NCBI GenBank assembly: GCA_964035545.1
Contig: OZ037769.1
Coordinates: 14,972,633-15,036,632, forward strand
Direction of reading: 5' to 3'
DNA from: Bugula neritina
Lineage: Eukaryota; Animalia; Bryozoa
Length of the DNA: 64,000 nucleotides
The notes beneath the pieces were generated by a model. The model did no database searches and was not told where the DNA came from. It worked only from the letters and a program-made list of their open reading frames with translations. The translations under genes and the position numbers were made by a program. This document shows, in pieces, positions 29,831 to 43,157 of this stretch; position 1 is the stretch's first letter, and each line of letters opens with the position of its first letter.

Positions 29831-30627
29831 ATTCGTTTTTATCGAAGAGAAACACGGGCGACAAATGAGATTATCAGCAAGACATTACGAATCACTCAAG
29901 ATTAAATCAACAAAGATCAAAGCTGACATAAATTATAGGCCTATTCTAAATTACCAAATACACATGTGGATCCTTTTGCTTTAGTAGTCTAAGTATGCAC
30001 ATCACAACTTCAAGAACCAACAATTTAAACTGGTTAAATGTCAAAAAAAATTAACAGGCTGTGATATTTTTTATGATTGTTACAAATATGTATATGAAAA
30101 AGCAACAATAAAGTGCATTTAATTGACATAACATGTATATAGTGATTAAAGTTGCATGATAGTAAGCATATATCCTAATTTACTAGACAATTAGAAAAGG
30201 ATATAGAAAATCAAGTAGAATTAGAAAAAACCTTTAATTGTTTAGTTTCATTTGTTAATATACAGTTTGGGGCAAAAAATATATTAGCAGCTAATTTATG
30301 AGCAATTAATGGCCAAAAATTTAAAGACAGTCGGGACTACTGGTAGCATGAGGCAAGTGCTGTTCAGTGTATTTCAGTGCTAGTTATAACAAGGAAGTTG
30401 GCTGCATAGCTCATCAAAAACTCATTCGAATTTATGCATAAGTCAAAGTTTGTTGATAAAATCACTATTGATAAAGCCAAGTCAAATACCATCTGGTCAT
30501 ATAAATCAGATATTAATTCGACAGCAACTTTTTCTGCCAGGAAAAAGTTATTCACTCTACAGTATATCACTTCTGCTGCTACTTAGTGATTAGAGCTCGC
30601 ACACAATCTCCATTTTCAACAGCTAAC

Positions 30628-33600
30628 ATGGAGCTTTTGAAAAAAGCTTTTTTGCTTTTTTCTATTTTCTTTCTTGCACGAAATGCAGCTGCTTCTAACA
30701 TTGGAGGTACAAGGCAAGACATTCTGCAAAATCAATATGGGGGCTATGAAAACCTCCTCATTGCAATCAGCAAAGCTGTGCCTGAAGATCTCAGTCTTGT
30801 TGAAAAACTGCAAGTAAGTGTGTATACCAGTTGCCATAGAAACCTGTCACATCACAATATTATAATTATATGTTTGTAGTATATTGTATTTGTATTCGTA
30901 TTTGTATAGTTTGTAGTATTGTGCCGCATTTCCTTTAAGTTTTAAAGTGAACACAGCAGCATGCAGATTTGTGCTCAGTCTATATTTGGTCTATCACTTT
31001 AATTTTTTAATGTGACTCCAGGACTTTGATCTGTGAACCTATTTAAAATATAAGACTATACCTGGGTGATTTACTAAAATTGTATTATTATCTTGTATAA
31101 AAAGTGTAAACAATATTTTCTCAGTGTTTATGAATTGCAATGTAACATTATTATTTGTAAAATCAAAGATTAAACTGTCCCCTGCTGCATGTGTTAGCTT
31201 GGCTCTTATTTGAATAGTTCAGGTTTAGTTGATGTCCATTTTCATTGCAGCTTTTATCTACTATTTATAAGGTAGATTAGGTCAAAGCATAAAAAGCAAT
31301 CAAATTCCCATTCATCAATATATCAAAATATATAAATTGATCATATCAATATTTCCATATTTCAATACTATATGTCTATTTATTTGTCAATTGTCCAAAG
31401 ACTTTAAGTACAGCAGTGGAGAAATTGGGAAGTATAGGCTAAGTTCTTTATTTTTTATGATAATTTAGGGCGGAATTCAAATTTCTTGTGAGAACATATA
31501 ATTCCATTTGATGCATTTCTAATTTAAAACACAGACTTTTTTCAATTTCTCCATCATTGCATTATATACTTCACATGATTACTGCAGATTATATAGCCAT
31601 TCAGTATTGAAGTATAATACTTATATATACTATGAGCTGGAAATCAAGCAGCTATAGGTATAACCAGTTTATCATTTAGGGAGCAGCTGTGGTCTAGGGG
31701 TTAAAGCTTTGCCTATAGTGAACACAAGGTCATGGGTTCAAACCCCAGCAAAGGCCATCAGTGATGTTAGGAACAGCATCCAGTCATAATTTCTCCTGTG
31801 CCACATTTAAATAAGTCCTTAGCCCGGTTTAACAAAAACCCTTTTCTATCAGGGGTTTCACAGAGGGATATATCGGACTATAATAAACTTGCGTGAGTTT
31901 ATAACCAGTCCATTTTCTATTTTGTATGCAGAAATATAGGGAAAAATGAATTATAATTCATGTATATAGTTAATCAACTTTCTTGTTGTTTTAGAAATAC
32001 TTCCGAAAAGCATCAGAAATTCTATTGACAGCCACAAATAATCAGGTGTATTTCTCTAGCATCACTATTCTGATACCAAACACTTGGAAACTGAATAGCT
32101 CATGGGAAGTGGTAAGAATTCTATAACCGATCATATATAATACACACTGATATAAAATCTCGCATATAGGTTTATTGTGACGATCCTTGTGAGAATCTGT
32201 GATGGAAAGGGTTTCAAAAACTGGCTATAAGGACTCTTTTGTAATTTGGCACAGGGACAATTATGACTTCATGACTTTTTTTAACTTCAATGCTGGTATA
32301 TTTATTAAACACTATAAAACTTGTGCTTACTAGGCCTACACTTCAACTACCACAGCTGCTCTTTATAATAATCATACACACTGATATATACACTTTTTAT
32401 GTACATGCCAGTTTTAACTGCAATAAAAAGTAAACCACTTGTTACTTATACTATACGCTTAGGTCTAGACCCAGAATACTGTTAGCTTGCTTTCTCTGTT
32501 TTGGAAATATTTAGGTATTTTGATGTTGTATGTGTCTATAACTGCAGTTACATGAGTTGGAAATTCATAGTTTAGTAGTTATGTTCATAATAAGTTTCCT
32601 TGCTGGCTTGAAAAACTATTTTTGTAGTCTGAGAGTCTAGACAAAATGAAGTCTTATGATACTGTGAATTAAACCATGTAAACATAGCAATGGTATATTG
32701 CACGTAGAGCTATCTGTATTGATTGTAATAACAAATGGGTGCTGAAGCTTCAATTAAATTACTAATTAGAAAAGCAACTATTGGCTTCAATCTAAATAAA
32801 AACATGTTTTGGCAAATGTGTTTTATTGATGGATGTCAGTCCAGTGTCATTGCATTGTAAAGAAATTAACTTTATCATCATGTAAATCATTAGTTTAGAA
32901 ACTTTCACATGATTGTGCATAACAAATATAGAACATTTATTAAGTTAGGGCATTGTTTTTCTACTTGCCAACCAATTTCTCAGCTATTTCTAAAATAAAT
33001 GTTTCCTGAAGAATATTACCCCATAAATTGTTCTGTTCTTGCTCCCAGGCCACGGAAGAGACATTCAGCACAGCCCGAGTTTTGATAGGCCCAGCTAATA
33101 GAGCTTGGGGGGATGTTCCTTACACCCTCCAACCTGGTTTGTGTGGTATTGAAGGAGATTATATTCATCTCACACCTGATTTTATAACAACTACTACTAC
33201 AACCCAAGACAACCCTGTTCTAGGTCAGTAAGTGTGTGACAAATAGTTGAAAATTAAATATAACAATTTGTTGACCTACCTAATATGTTCAACTGTCATC
33301 ATAAAATGAATTTAACAATTGACAAGCAATGATAGCACATATTCTGCCCACCTGCATGGTTTTTATTGTAGCACATATTTTTTAAAAAGTGTATTATAAA
33401 TTAGATGCTTATAGCAATGAAGAAATTGAGTAAAGCCTGTGTTCTTGATTAAAAATGTAGTAAAAGAATTTATGATTCAACAATAATCTCAACCTGTGCC
33501 CAAACCAAAATTAGATAATGAAATTAAAAAACTTATGCTTTCTCAATTTTCCTCTACCGCCCCTACTAATGCTTTTTATGCTCAACAATTTTTAGCTTCA

Positions 33601-36600
33601 ATGGAAACTGTAGCATATTATCTATTTTTAGTAATTTTATGAAAGTTAACTGGTCAATCACTAACAAACCTAGCTGTGTATATAGTTAAAAACATGTTTA
33701 TAAAAATCATATAATAGTTTTGGAATTCATTGTGCCAGCATTATTGGTAAAACTGTTATATTTTTGGTGTTGTGTATAGTGGTATTCAGTGTAAAGGTAT
33801 GTGACAGTATATGGTTGCAGAGTTGGAATGGATTATATTGTAGATTTATTAAGTACAACTATACTAAGAATATAAATGTAGCACTGTGGAATCTAAAGAC
33901 TAGATTCTTAGCAAGAACCTCCGCCAATATTGTGTATAGATGATGACTAACATGACAATAACAAAGGGGCATATATTACTCACATAGAGCCACTATAATA
34001 ATAATATCTATTAGTTTAGTTTGTATATGAACTCTAGTTGACCTTATGAAGTATTATATTTATCTCTGAAAACTTAAAGAATCTAAACTGGGTAGTTCTA
34101 CATATAAAACTATCTTGCTAAAGCCTTTCGACTATTTTCAGTTTACTTTGAGGCCACTTTTGAATAATTGCAGCTATTATTTTGTAACTGAGGAAATGCT
34201 AACAATGTATTATAGTGAATTTACGAATCACTATAATTTGTGGGTCTACTTATGCAAAGCCACTTCACCAGATTTCGTACAAATTGAGTAGACTTTATTA
34301 TTGCAAATTATACAAGAAATCAAACTGTTAACACTAGCACACACGATTACATAATATAGAGTGATTTACACACAACTTCACATTGTTAGAGTTTGATTCA
34401 CTCTGCCGGCTATGCTGCCTAACAAGCTTCCCTACACATTTGCAGCTCCGCCTACTAATTAATTTTTAGTCACATCCCATTGGTCAACACGGTAGTGCCA
34501 TCCTGACGATATGATGCTGACTGCATCATGTAACTGTCCGAGTGAGAGTTATCCTTTCGATATAAACTAATGCATTACTAAAAACTCTTACAGTAATCAT
34601 CCATTGTTAGCTCATGGCTTTCATTCTTTTTAAGACTTGAAGCAATCTGTTACACTTCCAAATGTTATAAGCTGATGAAACGTACATGAAAAGATATTGC
34701 ATAGCAGTTTACAGGATAATATCTTTGAATGCCCAGTGTTTTATCTGCATGCCCATGATGTTGTGTACTCCTGCATGCAAAAGAGAGGTTCTTTTTAATT
34801 TTTTTGAAAATGAGTTAGATGGCATTTTATGACTTTGAAATTGAAAACATTTTATAATTGCTGCTGGAGATTGATATATTATCCTCAATATTTCCTTTAT
34901 TCATGCATTGATGCAGGTTTATGCCAATACAAGTTTTCCCAGGTCTTGCAGTTTAAAACAGTTTTACATTTTGCAGCTATTGAATTTAATTCACATATAA
35001 CCAGGATAACAGTTTGTTATTATGTAGTGACTTTAAAGCATGAAACATAAAAAACTGTGGTTTCATTTTATGCTGCAAATCATCTCCATAAAATATGGTT
35101 TTTCTATTAAAGACTTAGCAATATCCACAGCAGGCTTTATGTGATAGATATATAGTTGTTTAAATTTCATATTTATGATATTTCAATCATTATAAGTAGT
35201 TTATCAAAACAAAAAACTTCCTTATTTACTGCTTCAAATATAACTTCTAATTGCTTTCGCAGCCTTAAATTTACAGCTCCTTGTGATTTCTTTGCTGCAG
35301 AAAAGAATATAGTAAAGGAGTTTGCTCATCTGAAATGGGGACTGTTTGATGAAGGTGTGTCTGTAACTGACATAAAGACACCGGTGTTTTACCCTGTTGA
35401 TGGTGCTTATCAACCAACAAGGTTAGATAAATTCCTATGACATTTTGATTGGCTCATTACGCAAGATAGATGTTGCTATGATTTTCTAAAGAACATTTTT
35501 CTATGTATGTTTACTTGTTTTCCCACATAGTTTATAACCCAGATTAAAATATTAATGGCAGTATTTTTCTTTTGAACAGCTGGAAAATAAGTTTTGCGCA
35601 TTAATACTTTTTAATCATGCATTGGGTGTACATACATATAGTTGTCATATTGAATACACACACACACGCGCACGCACGCACGCACACACACACAGACATA
35701 TATACACACATATATATATACACATAGATACACATATATATATATATACACACGTAGGTGCGGGAATCAAGCGTATTATGGAAACTTAATTAACACAAAC
35801 TCAGAAATCCACTGTGATGACTCAACCATAAAGACCAGCGAATACTGCCAGTTTGTGCCATCTTATACTTCCGGCAGTGTCTCTCTTTTGTATGCTCATC
35901 AATTGTCAAAGGTAGGTTGCTGTATAAAAACTTTTTCATTGTATAACTGTCAGTTCATAAAACGCACACGAGTTTATAGCCCTGCGAGAAACCCTTGATG
36001 GAAAGGCTTTTGGTTAAAATGGGCTAAGGATTGTTTTTAATAATGATCCTTTTGAATAACAAAGGTGATCAGTTTCAAGTTTTGACAGTTTTGTTGCAAG
36101 AGATCAAAATTTTTAAACAAAGTTATATATTATTGTTGTGGAATCATTTAATTAACGATATGAGTTTCTGCTGACTAAAAAATTGGTTGATTTACAGATA
36201 GAAAAATTCTGCTCTGAAGAAGATCATAACCGAGATGCGCCAAACCGCCAAAACAGACTTTGCCAAAATAGAAGTGCTTGGGAAGTTATGACGAGCTTAC
36301 CAGATTTTGGTATGAATGTTCAAATTTATTTATTTTAGATGAGATATCTATTTGGTGTTTTTCTAATCAAAGCAAGATATTTTATGAGACCATCGTTTAA
36401 CCTCAATTATATATCTTTGATAAAATATTTGTTAATTGTCATTAAATGTGTGTTGCTGACTATAATAGTTGTCTATTGCATAGATAAGGGCTTCAATATG
36501 TAAATTGGCAGCTCTAGTTTTAAATAATTAAAATGATTATAATATTATATATATATATAATGTAGTGTGTTCAGATTGTTAATGATACATATATATTTTT

Positions 36601-36821
36601 TGAATAATCGGTATGCTTCATAGATTTTATTTATTTTTAGTCTAACACCTGACGAGTGCAGTTTACTGTACAAAACTATATAGTCGTGTGAGATTTTTTT
36701 AAATAAAAAAAATATATGTATCATTAACAATCTGAACACACTACATTATATTAGCTCTGTCACCCGTGATATCGAGCACTTTACTTCGCTGGAACTCCAA
36801 CTAGATTGACAATCAGCATAC

Positions 36822-36866
<45 letters not shown>

Positions 36867-39800
36867 TGTTTTTACTTTGACAGCAATAACATTAACAGCA
36901 TTTTATAACAAGCAATACCTCTATGGTCGTCTTAGTTCATGCCTTTCATCAAAATTCATACTTTGTTCAAATGTTTAAAACTGTATAAACATTAAATGAC
37001 TAAGATGTTTAAATGGTGCACTTTGTCAGCAATATAAATGTATACTAGGGCAAGAAACATTAGGAAAGAAGACAACTATAAATGAATATTGTTTTAAAAC
37101 CAAATGTATTTTAGCATCTCGACTCAATGTTGCAATTATATATTCTTTTAGTTGGGCATTTTACCTACAGAAAATTGTTGAGATAAAATGTTTGAAACCT
37201 ATTGAGATCTTTTACACAATTGCGTACTACGAGCATATGTTAGAAGATTTATTTCGTGTAGCTGCTACATTGCTATAAATTACAGCAGTTACTTTGACTA
37301 TGAGTACATCATCTATGTAATATCCAATTAGGTCATAATTAAACGCCAATATCAACAAGAAGTTATAATTCGTATTAGTTACTATTATGTTATCAGCCAG
37401 TTAAGTAATCACAACACACAACTTTTGAGGAGTGGCTTATTTTACAATAGATACAAGGTAACTCGGCCAAATTGAGTTTCCGATTGAAAATCATGAAGGT
37501 CTAAACGCAACTTTAATCTGTTTACTGCTTAATTAAAGCAGTTAATTTAACTTTGAATTTATTAGTCTTATTTATTTTTATTTTGTTTGTGTAGCAACTG
37601 ATTATTACTCAGTGCGTAATGCAGCTGAGATCATCACTTCATCTGGTCCCACATTCAACGTTATTCAAGAACCTGGAGCACTTGCAGATGATGAAACGAC
37701 GGCAACTATGGAAACAACTACAATTGACTTTGTTCAAATCCATACTAGACTTGACAGCTTAGATATAAGCTTTGAAGAAGAATCATCAGTAAGTTTGTTT
37801 TCTTGAACAGTAGAATTGTTTTCTTATTTATAAGTTTTATCTTTTGCACAGTAAAATCAAATAAAAACTTGAAATACTCATTTACATGGCATATGAATGG
37901 TAGTCATTTTGATAGAGTGACAGCTGTTCAAGAAATTTACTTTTAGCTACCACTTTTTGCAATATTGATGTTATTAAATACTAATCATGAAAAGTATCAC
38001 TTGTTGCAAATCCTTTACAACCTATAATATAAGCATATGTTATTATCATAATTTGTAAACCATAATTTTTTTCTTTATCCCTTCAACTATTCAAATATAT
38101 TTTAGCTCGTCCTCTACACAGATATATTTCAAGGTCTCACACCTGTCCTAAACCTTACTGTGTACTACGTCATCAAAACATCTACTGGCAATGATTTTGA
38201 GCTAATAGGTTTAGATGACGGCACAGGTAAAATTATTATATAATATCACTTTTTTGTTATATTTTTTCTTGTAAAAATCTCACCTGTAGTACATTTTGGA
38301 GTCTTGAATAGACTACTTGTCTGAATGCTATGCATGGCTAACACCGGATTATTAATTGAAAATTGTTGCATCAATAGAAACAAAAGCATTTCTTTTTTGA
38401 AATCAGCCAAAACACTCTTAGAAAATTTTCTAACAAATTGCAACATAATTAGAAATTGAAAAAACTTACTTTAAATCTAAGTGCATCAGCAAATAGCTAA
38501 GCCACCAAAATTTGAGTAAAGAAAAACTATCAGATGAAAAATAATAATCATTTTGTTAGAGTAATTTTTTTTGGAGATCAAAACAATTTAGTTTTGGTAA
38601 TTCAAAAAGATTAACCTGTTACTTATGCTGTATTGCAATTATATAAATTCAATTTTCGTAGTATTTTCACCCTGCCCTGCAGCTATAACGAATAAAGCAA
38701 AAGCAAAACTTTTAAGAACATAGTTATGTACTTTATAAATTTGTAAGTGACTCAACACAGTTAAACCTTTTATTTTTTTAGGAAAGGATTCAACCCCAGA
38801 TGATGGTATTTATACAGCTGTACTATTACCTCACCAGTTTGCAGGCGATGGGTATTACAGCATACAGGTATGTTTATGAAAATACTCCTGAAGCTCAAAC
38901 AAGTGAACTAGTCTGATAGATATTAATGCATGCAAGAGTTTAAATTAGAATTTCTCCATTTTAATAAGGCAAACTGAAATTAACATATGCTTTTTATTTT
39001 GCTTGCATCAAACTCGTACTTTTTAAGATTTTATATAGATTGAGTGAATATCATCATTAGTTATAATAATAATTCTTTTGGACTGTATAGATGTGTCTAT
39101 TTAAACCAGCTAATAGTATATCCTACTGCAAATACATTAAGTACACATTCTATTTGTTGTGATTATTTTTGCCTGTAATTATTTAAGGTTGAGATTGATG
39201 GTGAAAGCGTGTTACCTGGTTCTCCCACCAATCGGGCCAAGAGATGCGTAAATTGCGCTCCAAGTAGTCTTGGTACAGTGCAGAGAACCAAATCTGGTAA
39301 ATGTTATCTGTTTGCTTTTGAAAAAAGCAATATTTTCTTGAAAAAATATATTAGTTAATCACCTTCTATTTTTAAAAGATCTTCAAAACTATTTGAATGC
39401 ATTAATTTTGTATTAAACTAAAACATAAAAAAAGATGTTTGAGGTTTAGTTTTGCTTAAGCTATCTGCGCTACCCTCTGAATTTTTTGCTTTGTGATTGA
39501 TATTTTTAGCCTAATAAGTAAATAAACTTAAATATATAAGTAAAATATAGAAAACCAATGCATTTCTTTAATTGGAGTAATGATGTTGAAAATGACGCTG
39601 CTGTTACAAAATAGGGCAATACGTTATATGTTATAGCTAAATCTTTATTAGTTTTTATTGTATTTCGCGAAATTTTGATAGCATTTCAAACAATGCTTAT
39701 ATGCATGGCTTATAAGCCTTTATTAAATATTTAATATGTGACTTTATATCAACACATACTAAAGCATTTTGAATAATATACATATTTTGATAATTCGATG

Positions 39801-42800
39801 ATTCATCATTCATGAAATTGAAGCAAAATATTTGATTGCTATTTCTGGCTTATATCAATGCAGTGATTTGAAAAGTCATAAAAATTAAGTTATATATCTC
39901 GTCTGTGCAAATAAAATTATTTATTTAAAATGTGATAAAAATTGTTATTTGAATGCTAATACAGGAGGAGTGATTACTGTAGCAAACTATAGGGTTGTTC
40001 CTGACACGACCCCTCCTGAGAGAATCAAAGATCTGGTAGTTGACTCAGGAAACACAACAAACAACACAACTATATTCACTCTCTCCTGGACAGCTCCTGG
40101 GAATGATCTAAATGTTGGAAGAGGTGAGGTCTTGAATACAGTACCACTATATGTATATGTTCTATGTTTGTTTTAAAAATAGATAATTTAAAGTTTTAAG
40201 CTTAAATATAACAGTGGTTTCTTGAATTATTCTCAAATGTTATTCACCTTTAAGTTGTATTATTTGCAATATTTTTACTGTAAATAAAACATTGCAAAAA
40301 GCTGTTTCAGATATTAGGTATACATTAACAAATGATTTATTTACTATTTAGGTATATAACTATTTGCATTTAAGTTAACTCTTATAAACTAATCCTATAA
40401 AACTGTGTAAACAGTTTTTACTCCTCTTTGTCAATTTTGCATTGCTATACAGGAAAATCTTTGCAATTTTATAAACTTTAGACAATAATTTTTTTTTCAA
40501 TTTTTGTGCAGAGTGTTACAAATAAAATTTGAGTTTTTGCTTTTTAGGCTAAAGCCCCTTGACCGCTAGGCACATAATATATTTACACTTTTCAATATTG
40601 ACACTGTACACTCTCTGCTAACACTATAATGTTACTTCTATCCTTTTATTTTCTCTCAGCGGCGGCCTACACCTTCTTTGTATCCAATGACTCATCAACA
40701 AACAATCTACAACTGTTACCAAACAATCACAAGAGTATCCTAACTAATGTCAGCAGTCTATTGGTTGATGCCGGCACAAATCTGGAGCTCAAAATAGACT
40801 TTGGTAAGTCTATATATGCAAAAGTAAGATATCTCTTTAGTATATAGAATAAATTAGAAACTATAAAATATTTGTCTGCGTGTTTTAATTTATTTTAAGA
40901 AATTATGTTAGCAAAGCTTTTGGTATTCTTTTGTAATTTGATGTGATGAAATATTGCTAACATACTATAAAGTTATATAATAATAAATTATTATAATATA
41001 TAATATAGTACATTTAAAAATGCGATATGATACAGTACAGGACAGCATAATATGATTCAATATTATAATATTATATATATAATACTACATTATAATATCA
41101 TAATATGATATAATTTAATGCAATATGTGGTTTCACAACTCCATTCTTGAATATTATGCTTGATATTTTTTTATAAATATTATATAGGCTTTACATTGAG
41201 TAATTTGTTATTATAATTGGGCTTCTTTTGTTTTTTCTCAGAGCAATTAGAGTTTGGTGATGGATCTAATGTGACCCTTAACACCTATTACATAAGGATG
41301 GTAGCAGCAGATGACAAAGGAAATCAAGCAGAGCCTTCTAATCCAGTATCATTAACCATCGCTGACCCACGGACAATTAATTTGTGGGTGAGTTTGCTGT
41401 TCCTTTTTCCTGGTGGAAATATTTTAAAAAAGTTAATTTTAGATTAAATTAAATGAGCCTAAAGTTTATTGCAATGAAATCAGTATTTAATATGAAGTTT
41501 ATGAATTGATTTTCTCAAAATTTAAATGCCTAGTGATACTTACAGTCTTAAAGAAGCAAAATAAAAAGTGAGAAACATAAATATACTATAAATTTATAAA
41601 CTTTTAGTCTTCTTTGATATGACTCATATATTTATAATATGCATTTAATTAATATGATACGCACATGCACACACACACACCCACACACCAACACTCACAT
41701 ACACACGCACACGCATACACATGCATTCACACTCGCACACATGCACGCATACACATGCACGCATACACATGCACGCATACACATGCACGCATACACATGC
41801 ACGCATACACATGCATTCACTCCTACACACACACGCACATACACACGCACACGAACGTACACACGTAATAAATGAATATTTATTATATTGTGGTAAACAG
41901 ACACATAATATGTTATGTGAATATTTTAACTAAATATGTAGTATTGAAATATAATTTATATAGTTATACTCACATTTCTGTTGTTATATTTTAATTAAAG
42001 TTATATTTAAGAGCGCCAATGCATCAATAGTATGTCACATGTTGTCCTCTGAATAATATTTAAAATCCATTGCCCTCCCTTAGAAAATATATTTCTTTCA
42101 TGTGAATGCTATTATTTAACCAGCTACCTACCACCACCACTGAGGCCACCACTACCACTGCCGGTGCCACTACCACCACTTCTTCAATAGACCAGCTGGA
42201 TACCACTCTAGCAGATATCTCAGATGTAAAAACAGCGGTTAGTGACTCTCATGTATATAAGAACACAGGATTATAGCACCTACACTTTTTTTAAAATTAT
42301 TGGACCATAATACCACATGTTCTCAGAATTTGAAAAGTATTTGTCCAAAAAGCTAGTTTGATGAATTTGCGATTGAAATTTGTGCTAATCAATGGAATTG
42401 TGGGTGAATTCGAATGGCGCTTTCCACATGAAAAACTTCGTTTCTATTATGATATAATTTAAATTCAAGCCATGGCGTGTGTCATTAACTTTATAGTAAA
42501 ACAAGATCTTGTATATTGCCAAGCAATCTAATTGAGTCCATGTGGCCATTACAGTTGCAGTTCTCATAACATATATATAAATATCTGTATTCAAACTCAA
42601 TTTAGTCTTCTCATCTATATTGGCAATATTATGTAATCATTTTTAGCCAATTTCCCAACAGATGCTTCTCATCCTGGGACTGGGAATATCAGGAGGAGTT
42701 ATCTGCCTGCTTCTTATTGCTGTGTTTATTATCCTAATAGTGAAACGCAAGAATGGAAAAACGTAAGTATACTTTTTAAAAATATAATTATAATATTCTA

Positions 42801-43157
42801 AAACATGCATGCGTCTGTATATACAGTATGTTATATTAAAATTAGTAAATCTGGCTATATTATGTTACATATTGCAAGTTATTTTAGTAAGAAATAATAT
42901 AGCACATGGATATACATAGAGAAAGAAAATATCAATTGTGATAGATGATACTTTTAGTTTTATGCAATAAGTATAATCGAATGTTATAAAGTGCAACCTG
43001 GTTATACTCGTTCACCATAAGAAACCTTTCAGTTATGTCTCAGAAAACATCTATTTTTCATATAAATGTTATTTTCTTTTTTAGGAAGTACTCAACAGTG
43101 TTTAAAGGAGAGAAAACTGATCAAACTGAAAACGTCAACATTATTGTCTTGAATTAG
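30628..43157 (+). CDS. CLCA: CLCA-family protein, copy 2, VWA-less, ~703 aa, 16 exons: 30628-30813, 31995-32111, 33049-33223, 35301-35421, 35758-35911, 36198-36309, 37595-37788 (fused exon 7/12), 38106-38226, 38782-38867, 39188-39296, 39965-40123, 40660-40803, 41242-41387, 42124-42237, 42662-42762, 43085-43157
   Basis: Exon-by-exon paralogue of copy 1 with identical exon sizes, except the fused exon and two 21-nt in-frame deletions in Thr tracts. All splice sites GT-AG; no stops or frameshifts seen. Confidence 0.9.
31679..31887 (+). mobile_element. tRNA-derived SINE, most complete copy
   Basis: Pol III A-box TGGTCTAGGGG and B-box GGTTCAAACCC, followed by a body shared with three other copies in the window. 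Confidence 0.78.
34211..34592. mobile_element. Copy-2-specific 382-bp segment, possible solo LTR
   Basis: Absent at the equivalent copy 1 site (~16640); ends TATAGTG...CTTACA; flanks GTAT/GTAA; AATAAA on the - strand. Confidence 0.4.
36555..36823 (+). mobile_element. Penelope-like pLTR fragment: 40-bp inverted repeat (36555-36594 / 36712-36751) flanking a hammerhead motif, inserted in (TA)n
   Basis: Absent from copy 1 intron 6 (~18640); perfect 40-bp inverted arms; hammerhead followed by AATAAA. Confidence 0.7.
36641..36693 (+). ncRNA. Minimal type I hammerhead motif with GAAA>AAAA core mutation (probably inactive)
   Basis: TCTAACAC, CTGACGA, GTGCAG-TTTA-CTGTAC, AAAA, C-TATATA-G, TC, GTGTGAGA; palindromic stem III region ACTATATAGT. 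Confidence 0.75.
41657..41865. repeat. CA-rich microsatellite with ATGCACGCATACAC 14-mer tandem units
   Basis: Seen directly; expanded relative to 26331-26410. Confidence 0.9.

Noticed and set aside
31679-31760. Possible tRNA gene
   Set aside because: A and B boxes are present but there is no proper cloverleaf, and it continues into a shared SINE body.
34671-34700. CTGATGA...GAAA as a third hammerhead
   Set aside because: No convincing stems I-III or cleavage triplet; the paralogous copy 1 site reads CTATAATGA.
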